Positions 7,751 to 15,973 of a stretch of 32,000 nt of DNA are shown piece by piece. The stretch spans positions 174 to 32,173 of the forward strand of contig JAGVOT010000123.1 in NCBI GenBank assembly GCA_020052615.1, read 5' to 3'. The DNA is from Nitrospirota bacterium. Lineage in GTDB: Bacteria > Nitrospirota > UBA9217. Numbering within the stretch: position 1 is the stretch's first letter; each line of letters starts with the position of its first letter. A program made the translations under genes and the position numbers. The notes under the pieces are model-generated. The model saw nothing but the letters and a program-made list of their open reading frames with translations, was not told the DNA's origin and searched no databases.

Positions 7751-9510
7751 GACCAAGAATGGCTGCAGTGTTCGTACGAATGGCGTTCATAATTGCTGTT
7801 TCGCTCTCCCTTGTCATGTTCGCTGCAAATGGAGCGGATCCAGGGCATATCCTGTCCTGTGCCCATGCAGCTCCGGCCGGGGAAAAGCCGTGGGTCGATG
7901 CCCGGTCCCATGCGTCCTTTTCGGCGGCCCTTGCGGCGATAGGAAGTGCTCCCGCGACCCTGCTTATCTCCGAACGGCAGCAGATATCCGTCAGCACGAC
8001 CGTTCCCTCGAACGTCGGCCTGCTCTTCCTGGCGGGCGGGTCGCTAGACCTGGCCGCGGGCGTCACGGCGACCATCAACGGCCCACTCCAGGTCGGTCTC
8101 TTCCGGGTCTTCGGAGGGGAAGGGGCGGTCGTCCTGGGGCCGGGTTCCGTGGTAGAGGTCCATCCCGAATGGTTCGGAGCGAAACCGGACGGAGCACAGG
8201 ACTCCGGACCGGCCATTCAGAAGTGCATTGATGCCTCGCCCGCGGGCACGGTCGTACGGTTCGCGGGAGGAACCTATCTAACCTCGGTCCCCATCGCGTT
8301 CCGACCGGACCGTTCGTACATCGGCAGTTCCCACAGCGGGAGCGGAACGGTCATCAAGCAGAAGGACGCAGCCCGCATTGCGCCGGCGATCTTCGTGTCG
8401 AAGGGATGGACCGACGGCGCATCGATAGCGGACAACCGCGTGATCTTCCGGGACCTGCTGCTCCACGGTAACAAGAAGAACAATCCGAACGCCGCGACCC
8501 ACGGCATCCTCAGCATGAACTACTATTCAGTGTTCGAGAACATTACCGTGTACGATGCGCCGGGTGACGGCATCCGATTCACCGACCGAAACGGCGCGAA
8601 CCGCGTCATCGCGAGTACTGCGGTCGGGAATAAGGTCCTCCACGGCAAGTTCATCAAGTGCGGCGGGAGCGGCATTCGGGGCGACAACAACGGCAGCGCC
8701 CTCACGGACGGGTATCTTATCGACAACGAGATCGGCAATTGCGGCGAGCATGGCATCTCTATAGAGCGGGGCGCGGGTTGGAAAGTCCTGGGCAATTACG
8801 TGTACGGCGTCGGCCGGAATGGCATCGTCCTCGACCGGGGCTGGAACAGCCAGATACTGGGAAACACTATTGACAATTATGGTCTGAGCGCGATCAAGGG
8901 AACCTATGCCGGGCTCGCGATGAACACGATCAGCGATAACGTTCCCTGTCTCATCAACGATAACATCATTCGTCTGCGCGATCCGGCCGAGGGTTCAACG
9001 TACCGCGGAATAACGGTCACTACGGGGGCCGGGACGAAGGAGGCCGAGGTCATCATTGCAGGCAACATCGCGAGCCTTGCCAAGAGGGGGACGTTCTTTG
9101 TTTCCGGCGGCAACGGTGGCGGGACCGCGCAACTGTCGGACAACCGCGTCTCCGGGGCGCTGGCCACCATCGCTCGAACGGGGGGCTCGATGGTCATCGT
9201 CCACCGGGACAACAGTTTCGATATTGCTTTCGCAAGGTTCCCCGGCAACGATCCGACCCCGTCCGTCCTGTCCGGTTCGCAGTACCGAACGATAAACACG
9301 GCTCCGACCGTGATCAGCGGCTTTGACGACGGTTATGACGGCCAGAGGATCGTTGTCGTCGTCGACGATGCATTCACGGCCATGGATTTCACGGGATCGC
9401 AGCTCTCAGGCAACGGTGGAGTTGATTGGAAACCCCGACGCGGCGACCACATGGAGTGTGTCTTTGACGGAAGCGCGTGGCACTGCATGACCAGCGGGAG
9501 GCCCCGGTAG
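7747..9510 (+). CDS. Secreted right-handed parallel beta-helix (pectate-lyase-like) protein, possible polysaccharide lyase/epimerase
   Basis: Start ATG 7747 overlaps the upstream stop (ATGA). Signal peptide. EWFGAKPDGAQDSGPAIQKCIDASPAGTVVRFAGGTYLTS, and repeated short beta-helix rungs (IDNEIGNCGEHGISIERGAGWKVLGNYVYGVGRNGIVLD...ILGNTIDNYGLSAIKG). Confidence 0.85.
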   Translation: MRPRMAAVFVRMAFIIAVSLSLVMFAANGADPGHILSCAHAAPAGEKPWVDARSHASFSAALAAIGSAPATLLISERQQISVSTTVPSNVGLLFLAGGSLDLAAGVTATINGPLQVGLFRVFGGEGAVVLGPGSVVEVHPEWFGAKPDGAQDSGPAIQKCIDASPAGTVVRFAGGTYLTSVPIAFRPDRSYIGSSHSGSGTVIKQKDAARIAPAIFVSKGWTDGASIADNRVIFRDLLLHGNKKNNPNAATHGILSMNYYSVFENITVYDAPGDGIRFTDRNGANRVIASTAVGNKVLHGKFIKCGGSGIRGDNNGSALTDGYLIDNEIGNCGEHGISIERGAGWKVLGNYVYGVGRNGIVLDRGWNSQILGNTIDNYGLSAIKGTYAGLAMNTISDNVPCLINDNIIRLRDPAEGSTYRGITVTTGAGTKEAEVIIAGNIASLAKRGTFFVSGGNGGGTAQLSDNRVSGALATIARTGGSMVIVHRDNSFDIAFARFPGNDPTPSVLSGSQYRTINTAPTVISGFDDGYDGQRIVVVVDDAFTAMDFTGSQLSGNGGVDWKPRRGDHMECVFDGSAWHCMTSGRPR

Positions 9511-9513
9511 CGG

Positions 9514-10839
9514 ATGAAGACCATGGAGGGATCACGCATCAACTTCAACGTCCACGCTGTCTTCTGGCTTCTCCTTGCCTTTTACCCGGCAGCGCGAGAT
9601 TTTTTTTCCGGCGTATCGGCCGCCCAGCGCGTGATGCACGCGATGTTCCTTCTGTATATCGTCACGTGCATCATCATCCATGGGAACTACCGGATATCGA
9701 TGAGACGGAATATATTCGAACTGGCCGTGACGTACGGCCTTGTCACGATGATATACTACGGTTTGGTGACCCTGTACAACGGCATGCAGGTGACCGGTGT
9801 GGGGCTGGTTGATGTTTTCCGTCCGTTTATCTACCTGATATATTTTTTATTTCCGCTGTTGTTTCCCTTGACGGAGCAACAGTTCAAAAAAATCGTCACC
9901 CTGGTGCTTCTCCTAGGCATCGTACAGATCGCTTTCTCCCTGTTCGTGTATTCCAGCGCACTGTGGCCAATCGTGAATTTCTATAAAGGGCGCTTGAGCG
10001 ATGACATCCTGATGTTCCAGTTCTACCGGTGGTCGGGAACGTTCGGGTTCCCCTCTGATCTTGCTTTCTTTCTCTCTTTCATACTCTATTTTCTGCTCCT
10101 CTCCCTCCGATCGGGCCTGTATCCCAGAGCAGCGGTTTTCCTGGGCATCATGGCTGTTGTCGGAGCGCTGGTTATGACGCTCTCACGGGGCGGTCTGGGG
10201 ACCGTTGCCGTCATGATGATCTTCGTCATGGTGATGCTGAAGGGCACGCGGGGGGTGTTCTATGCGACTTTGGTGGCTGCCTTGTTTGCCATCGGCGTGT
10301 TCGGAGCCCTGCAGATGTTCGAGCGGCAGATGTTCGACATCTCATATATATCACAGTTATTGGAACAAGGGGTGGAGGCGAGAAGCGCGACACACCGGGT
10401 GACCGAACTGAATTTTGCATGGAAGACCATAGTCGAATCGTTTCCCATCGGCCTCGGCCCGGACAGGGCAAGGACCGAAACAGGACTCCGGGTCATCGAA
10501 ACCTTGTATGGACACCATCTGATCAAGTGGGGAATAGCCGGTTTCCTGCTCTATCTGGTCCCGGTCGTCTATTGCGCGACGATCGCCTACCGGCTCTGGA
10601 AAACGCATGAGGACAGGTTCATCGCCACGGCGACAGGAGCGCTACTCATTCTCATTATTTCCGTGCCGCTGATCTTCGGCATATCGAATACCATCAATGA
10701 TCGCTTCAAGGGACTGCCTTTTTACTATATAATGATGGGGTATCTTGTTATGCTGGACCAGCGCAGGCGGATGCGCGCCGGTGCGGCCGGGGACGCTGAC
10801 AGCATATTGCTGCGACCGGACGTACTGCCGGAGAGATGA
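9514..10839 (+). CDS. wzy: O-antigen polymerase/ligase-like (Wzy/WaaL superfamily) membrane protein
   Basis: About 11 hydrophobic segments with a large periplasmic loop (FERQMFDISYISQLLEQGVEARSATHRVTELNFAWKTIVESFPIGLGPDRARTETG...HHLIKWGIAGFLLYLVPVVY), typical of O-Ag ligase/polymerase proteins. Confidence 0.8.
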   Translation: MKTMEGSRINFNVHAVFWLLLAFYPAARDFFSGVSAAQRVMHAMFLLYIVTCIIIHGNYRISMRRNIFELAVTYGLVTMIYYGLVTLYNGMQVTGVGLVDVFRPFIYLIYFLFPLLFPLTEQQFKKIVTLVLLLGIVQIAFSLFVYSSALWPIVNFYKGRLSDDILMFQFYRWSGTFGFPSDLAFFLSFILYFLLLSLRSGLYPRAAVFLGIMAVVGALVMTLSRGGLGTVAVMMIFVMVMLKGTRGVFYATLVAALFAIGVFGALQMFERQMFDISYISQLLEQGVEARSATHRVTELNFAWKTIVESFPIGLGPDRARTETGLRVIETLYGHHLIKWGIAGFLLYLVPVVYCATIAYRLWKTHEDRFIATATGALLILIISVPLIFGISNTINDRFKGLPFYYIMMGYLVMLDQRRRMRAGAAGDADSILLRPDVLPER

Positions 10840-10887
10840 AGAGATGACCGAATCAGCGGATCACCGTACAGGCAGGAGGAGAAGATA

Positions 10888-11601
10888 GTGCCGCTCTCTT
10901 ACGGAGGGCCGACCTCCTGCTACGGCGGATACGGCGTCCAAAACCGACTGCGAAAAGTGGATGCGGTCGCGCCGCTCTCGGGAATGACCATCCTGGACGC
11001 AGGCTGCGGGGACGGCCAGTACATCGATGAGCTGAAACGATACACCGGCGCCGTGCAGGGCGTCGAGATCGAGCCGGTGCGGGCTTCCCATGCGCGGCAG
11101 ATGACAGGCTGCAGGATCGACTCTTGCGACCTTTCGCAGCTGCTATTCGCTGACCGATCATTTGATCTGGTCTTCTGCAACGAGGTCCTGGAGCATACGG
11201 ACGATGATGTGAGTGTCTTGAAGGAATTTCACCGCGTCCTGAAGGCTGACGGACGATTGGCCCTCTACGTACCGAACCGTTGGTTTCCCCTTGAGACCCA
11301 CGGCGGTCGGATCTTCGGGATCGAGGTCGCACAGTTCCCGTTCCTGAACTATCTGCCGTTGACCGTCAGGAACCGGATCTGCAAAGCGGCGAGGATCTAT
11401 ACCCGGCGGAGCATCAAGGCCGCGCTCGGCCGCGCCGGCATGCGTGCGGTCCATGTGTCGTACATCTACCCGTCCTTTGACAGGTCCGAACGGACGCATC
11501 CGGGCATCGCCAAGGTCATGCGGTCACTGGCCGCTGCGCTGGAAAAAAGCCCGTTCAGGATGTTCGGAATATCGCTTTTCGTGTTGGCAGCCAAAGAGTG
11601 A
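10888..11601 (+). CDS. Class I SAM-dependent methyltransferase
   Basis: GTG start after AGGAGGAG. Motifs MTILDAGCGDGQYIDELKRY, FDLVFCNEVLEHTDDDVSVLKEFHRVLKADGRLALYVPN. Confidence 0.88.
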   Translation: MPLSYGGPTSCYGGYGVQNRLRKVDAVAPLSGMTILDAGCGDGQYIDELKRYTGAVQGVEIEPVRASHARQMTGCRIDSCDLSQLLFADRSFDLVFCNEVLEHTDDDVSVLKEFHRVLKADGRLALYVPNRWFPLETHGGRIFGIEVAQFPFLNYLPLTVRNRICKAARIYTRRSIKAALGRAGMRAVHVSYIYPSFDRSERTHPGIAKVMRSLAAALEKSPFRMFGISLFVLAAKE

Positions 11602-11626
11602 CCGCGGGAGTCCGCGAGGAGACGGC

Positions 11627-12313
11627 ATGGGCAGCATCGATTACACGGGCAGAGAAGGGGATGCGTATCACCGCATCAGGCACCGGGAGATCTTCGGCAA
11701 CGCCGAGCTTATCAGCGCCTGGGGCGCATATGCCGCAGCCGTCTATTTTTGCGGCGTGAAGCCCCATCACCGGATCCTGGAGATCGGGGCAGGCACGGGC
11801 ATCAACGTGGCCGGGGTGAGCAGGACGGCAGCGGTGACCGCCGTTGAGCCGGCCGAGGAGGCGCGAGAACACTGCAAGAAGCTCGGCATACGCTGCTTCC
11901 GGTCGCTAGAAGACCTGCCGGCCGGGCAGGCCTATGACTTCGTGCTGATGCGACATGTGCTCGAGCATGTCGAAGATCCCTGCGCCCTGCTCCGCCAGGC
12001 AAGGGAGCTCCTTGAGACGGGCGGCCGGGCGGTAATCGTCGTTCCCGTCGAATGGCCGTACAAACGGATCAATAGGCGGGATATCGACCACCATCTGTAC
12101 GGCTGGAACCGCCAGACCCTGTCGAACCTCCTGGAGTCCGGCGGTTGGCGGGTGGTGGAGTCCCGGATCAACTGGTATAATGGCAGAAGAATCTTCCTGC
12201 CGGTGTTCAAACGTGCGGGGGTAAACTGGTATATTCGCTGCCTTACCGTTCTTGGCCTGGTCATTCCGCACGCGGAGATCATCATGGTGGCGGAGCGCGG
12301 CGCCGCGCGGTGA
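11627..12313 (+). CDS. Class I SAM-dependent methyltransferase
   Basis: ATG 11627 preceded by GAGGAG. Motifs ILEIGAGTGINVAGVS, YDFVLMRHVLEHVEDPCALLRQARELLETGGRAVIVVPVEWPYKRINRRDIDHHLYGWNRQTLSNLLESGGW. Confidence 0.88.
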   Translation: MGSIDYTGREGDAYHRIRHREIFGNAELISAWGAYAAAVYFCGVKPHHRILEIGAGTGINVAGVSRTAAVTAVEPAEEAREHCKKLGIRCFRSLEDLPAGQAYDFVLMRHVLEHVEDPCALLRQARELLETGGRAVIVVPVEWPYKRINRRDIDHHLYGWNRQTLSNLLESGGWRVVESRINWYNGRRIFLPVFKRAGVNWYIRCLTVLGLVIPHAEIIMVAERGAAR

Positions 12314-12374
12314 AGGCAGGCACGAGGGTCGGCAGGTGTCGTGTTCCAGGGATGTATTTATCAGAGGAGGTCGG

Positions 12375-14543
12375 ATGATCGTGAGACGAATATGTTCGCA
12401 TGCGTGCGGTGTCCTGATGGTACTGGCGGCAAGCGTACTGCCGGCTGCCGCGCAGGTAAGTTCGATGCAGGCTGTTGATCCGCAGGCATCTCAGGCGTTT
12501 ATGAACGCCCTGTCGAAAGGCGATGTGCAGGCGATGCATAAGATGCTGGATGACCTGGGGAAAGCCAAGGCGCCGGTCAGCGCGGAACCCGCGCCCGTGA
12601 GGCCGTCGGAGCGCAAGCCGTCGCTGGTCGAGCGCACACTGTCCGGCAATCTGCCGACCGCCGATGCGCCGCTGCAGCAGTTCGGTTACGAGGCCTTTCT
12701 CAGGACGACCTCCACCTTCTTCACGCCGACCTCGGTCCCCGTCGGACCGGATTATCTTATCGGGCCGGGCGATCAGTTCACCCTCACGCTCTGGGGGACG
12801 GCCGAAGGCATCTTCATGGTGCAGGTCACCAAAGAGGGTGAGATCACCCTGCCGAAGGTCGGCGTCGTGTCAGTCGCCGGCCTGCGGTTCGGCGATCTTG
12901 AGAGGACGATCAGGCGCCATCTTCTCCGTTATTATTCGAATTTCAACCTCAGCGTCGCCATGGGGAACCTGCGGACCATGACGGTCTACGTGGTCGGGGA
13001 GGTTGCGAATCCGGGGAGCTACGCCCTGAGCTCGCTTTCCACGGTTTACAGCGCCCTGTTCGCGGCGGGCGGGCCTACCAAGCAGGGCTCGCTGCGGAAG
13101 ATCCAGGTGCTCCGCTCGGGAAAGGTCGTCAAGACCCTTGATCTATACGATTTTCTCCTGCAGGGTGACAAGAGCCATGATATCAGGCTGCAGCAGGAGG
13201 ACACGATCTTCGTGCCGCTCATAGGCGAGGTCGTCGGCGTCGCGGGTACGGTGTACCGTCCCGCGATCTATGAACTGAAGGGCGGGGAAACGATCGGCGA
13301 TCTGATCAGGACCGCCGGAGGGCTCATGCCGGTGACGCTCGGAAGCAGGCTGCAGCTCGCTCGCTTCGAAGACAACGAGCGCAAAGTGGTCAAGGATATC
13401 AAGGTTGACATGACGAGCACGGCTGCATCGAAGGACGGTGCGCTCTCCGACAAGGTCAGAGGCATGGATATGCTTACGATCCTTCCCATCTACGACAAGG
13501 TGTGGGAGATGGTGAGCCTGCGCGGCAGCGTTCAGCATCCCGGAGAATATCAATGGAGGACGGACCTGAAGCTGCGCGAGGTCATTTTGCTCGGACAGCC
13601 CCTGCCCACTGCAGACCTGCAGAAGGCCGACGTGATACGCATCAAGGACGGCCTCCGTGACCGCGAGGTCATCACCGTCGATCTCGCGGCCCTGCTTGCC
13701 GGGCCCGGGAGCGGGCAGGAGGACATCCTGCTGCGGCCCCGGGACCAGATCCGGGTGTATTCGGCCTATCGCGAGACGGAAGCGATCAGCCTGTCAGGAG
13801 AGATCGTCAGGCCGGGAACGTTCGAGATCCAGAGCGGAGAGCGTTTGAGCGACCTGCTGCGGCGGGCGGGTGGATTCACGGCCGAGGCTTATCCCTACGG
13901 CGCCGTCTTCAAAAGGCGGGATGTGAAGGACGCTCAGGACAAGAACCTGCGCGCATTCATCTCCAGGATGCAGTCGCAGATACTGCAGTCCGCGGCGGGC
14001 GGCACGGCAGCGGCGGTTTCGGCCGAAGAGGCGTCCTTTGCCAGGTCCGAGCTGGCCATGAACCAGGGGCTCCTGGAAAACCTGAAACGGATGCAAGAGC
14101 AGTTCGAGGGACGCGTTGCGATCACGTTGTCCGCGAACATTGAGCAATGGGCGGGAACGAAGGACGACTTGGTCCTGAAGGACGGCGACGCCCTGTATGT
14201 TCCCAAGCGTGCGCAGGAAGTAATGATCATGGGGGAGGTGCACAGCCCGGGCGCCCAGCTCTACCTTCCCGGACAGAAGGTGGGGCGGTATCTCGCTGCG
14301 ACCGGCGGGCCGACGACCTTTGCGGATAAAGAGCAGGTGTTCGTGATCCAGGCGAACGGCTATGCATTCAGCGGCGACTCACCCAGCGTCGGCGACATCG
14401 AGAACGTAGAGCTCCAGGCAGGGGACACGATCTTCGTGCCGCAGGACCTGGAGCGGCACGCTTCCATGCGGCTTACCAAGGATATCGTTGATATCATGTT
14501 CAAGACCGCGGTTATCATCGCGACAATCACCATATTGTTCTGA
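12375..14543 (+). CDS. Polysaccharide biosynthesis/export outer-membrane protein with multiple SLBB domains (Wza-like)
   Basis: ATG 12375 with AGAGGAGG. YLIGPGDQFTLTLWGTAEGIFMVQVTKEGEITLPKVG (poly-export motif). Repeated SLBB-type units (VVGEVANPGSYALSSLSTVYSALFAAGG, LSGEIVRPGTFEIQSGERLSDLLRRAGGF, IMGEVHSPGAQLYLPGQKVGRYLAATGG). Confidence 0.92.
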   Translation: MIVRRICSHACGVLMVLAASVLPAAAQVSSMQAVDPQASQAFMNALSKGDVQAMHKMLDDLGKAKAPVSAEPAPVRPSERKPSLVERTLSGNLPTADAPLQQFGYEAFLRTTSTFFTPTSVPVGPDYLIGPGDQFTLTLWGTAEGIFMVQVTKEGEITLPKVGVVSVAGLRFGDLERTIRRHLLRYYSNFNLSVAMGNLRTMTVYVVGEVANPGSYALSSLSTVYSALFAAGGPTKQGSLRKIQVLRSGKVVKTLDLYDFLLQGDKSHDIRLQQEDTIFVPLIGEVVGVAGTVYRPAIYELKGGETIGDLIRTAGGLMPVTLGSRLQLARFEDNERKVVKDIKVDMTSTAASKDGALSDKVRGMDMLTILPIYDKVWEMVSLRGSVQHPGEYQWRTDLKLREVILLGQPLPTADLQKADVIRIKDGLRDREVITVDLAALLAGPGSGQEDILLRPRDQIRVYSAYRETEAISLSGEIVRPGTFEIQSGERLSDLLRRAGGFTAEAYPYGAVFKRRDVKDAQDKNLRAFISRMQSQILQSAAGGTAAAVSAEEASFARSELAMNQGLLENLKRMQEQFEGRVAITLSANIEQWAGTKDDLVLKDGDALYVPKRAQEVMIMGEVHSPGAQLYLPGQKVGRYLAATGGPTTFADKEQVFVIQANGYAFSGDSPSVGDIENVELQAGDTIFVPQDLERHASMRLTKDIVDIMFKTAVIIATITILF

Positions 14544-14633
14544 CGGACGACCGATATCCCTCGCTTCCCAAAGGGCCGAACCCTCTGACGGTCCCGGGAG
14601 ACAGGAACGGAGGAAAGGACGGCGACGCACACC

Positions 14634-15347
14634 ATGAATGCCCGTGACGACGAGATCAACCTGATGTACTACTGGAACGTTCTGTGGCGGCATAAGCGGC
14701 TCATTATCGGGCTGTGTGCCGTTTCCGTCGCCCTGGCCGCAGGCGTCAGCCTGCTCCTGCCCAAGTATTATCGGGCGGAAACCGTCCTGATCGCGACCGG
14801 TTCCGAAGCCGGCGGACTGGGAGCGGCGTTGTCCTCCATCCCTCTGGCGGGCGTGCTGTCCGTAGGCGCCGGGATCCAGACATCAACGGACAAGGTCCTC
14901 GTTGTCCTGAACAGCAGGACGATAGCGGAGCAAGTGATCACGCGGTTTGATCTCCTCCGGGTCTTCAATGAGGACGACTGGGACCGGCAGAAGGGGGCGT
15001 GGAAGGACCCCGCCGATCCGCCGCTTCTGCAGGATGCCGTCAAACGATTGACCGAGGATGTCGTTGATATCAGCACGAGCAAGGAAGGCGCGATCACCAT
15101 TTCCGTCCTTTGGAAAGATGCGAAACTGGCGGCAGACATTGCCAATCAGTACGTCGCATCGATGGCGCAGATGCTGAATGAGAAAGCGATCAACGTGACG
15201 GTCCAGGTCGTTGACCGGGCCGTGCCGGCGGACAGAAAGGACAGGCCGAAAACGGGGCTCATTGCGGCGCTTGCAGCCGTGACGTCGCTCTTTTGCGGCC
15301 TCCTTGCGGCGTTTGCTCTAGAAATTCGGAAAAGACATCATTCATAG
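14634..15347 (+). CDS. wzz: Wzz-family chain-length determinant protein (no kinase domain)
   Basis: DEINLMYYWNVLWRHKRLIIGLCAVSVALAAGVSLLLPKYYRAETVLIA; C-terminal second TM GLIAALAAVTSLFCGLLAAFALEIRKR. No Walker or Tyr-rich tail. Confidence 0.85.
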   Translation: MNARDDEINLMYYWNVLWRHKRLIIGLCAVSVALAAGVSLLLPKYYRAETVLIATGSEAGGLGAALSSIPLAGVLSVGAGIQTSTDKVLVVLNSRTIAEQVITRFDLLRVFNEDDWDRQKGAWKDPADPPLLQDAVKRLTEDVVDISTSKEGAITISVLWKDAKLAADIANQYVASMAQMLNEKAINVTVQVVDRAVPADRKDRPKTGLIAALAAVTSLFCGLLAAFALEIRKRHHS

Positions 15348-15394
15348 ATCTTTAGGTAAAGGGAGCCATCATTGAAGACAAGGAGTGCGCGTCC

Positions 15395-15973
15395 ATGAAA
15401 AGAACCCCCTTTGCGGTCATTTTCTCTCTTACCCTGCTGCTGGTCGTCGGACCCGCCCCGGCATCGGCCGCGTCAAGCGCGAATTACAAGAGAACGATGG
15501 AGCGGTACTCCGTTCCCGATGTCACGCTGGTCAACCAGGACGGGAAGCGGGTGCGCCTGCTCGACCTGGTGGACGGCGGCAAACCGGTGGTGCTCGATTT
15601 CATTTACGGGACCTGCACGACCATCTGCCCTGTCCTGTCGGCGAACTTCACGAATTTCCAGAGAAAGCTGGGGGAGGGTGTCGGCAAGGTCCAGCTCGTT
15701 TCCATCTCGATCGATCCCGAGAATGACACGCCCATGGTCATGAAGAAGTACCTCAAGAACTACCTGGCGCGGCCGGGCTGGGATTTTCTGACCGGCAGCC
15801 GGGAAGACATCGACCGCGTCATGCGGGCCTTCAGCGCCTATGTGCCCAACAAGATGTCCCACTACCCGATCATGTTCCTGCGGGCGCCCCGCGGCGACCA
15901 ATGGGTGCGCATCTACGGACTGATCGGAACGAAGGACTTCCTGGCGGAGTACGAGAAGGTGGCGCGGCCATGA
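15395..15973 (+). CDS. SCO1/SenC family protein (thioredoxin-like)
   Basis: Signal peptide. GKPVVLDFIYGTCTTICPVLSANFTNFQRKLG (CxxxC motif). VQLVSISIDPENDTP, LTGSREDIDRVMRAF, MSHYPIMFLRAPRGDQWVRIYG. Confidence 0.92.
   Translation: MKRTPFAVIFSLTLLLVVGPAPASAASSANYKRTMERYSVPDVTLVNQDGKRVRLLDLVDGGKPVVLDFIYGTCTTICPVLSANFTNFQRKLGEGVGKVQLVSISIDPENDTPMVMKKYLKNYLARPGWDFLTGSREDIDRVMRAFSAYVPNKMSHYPIMFLRAPRGDQWVRIYGLIGTKDFLAEYEKVARP

Noticed and set aside
7479-8216. Minus-strand ORF of 245 aa (and other long antisense ORFs such as 15913-16857)
   Set aside because: Antisense to clearly coding genes. The translations are Arg/Pro/Ala-rich and low complexity, as expected for shadow ORFs in GC-rich DNA.
10853-10888. 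14-codon ORF (MTESADHRTGRRRR) between wzy and the methyltransferase
   Set aside because: It is very short. The region is better explained as the spacer and RBS (AGGAGGAG) for the GTG start at 10888.
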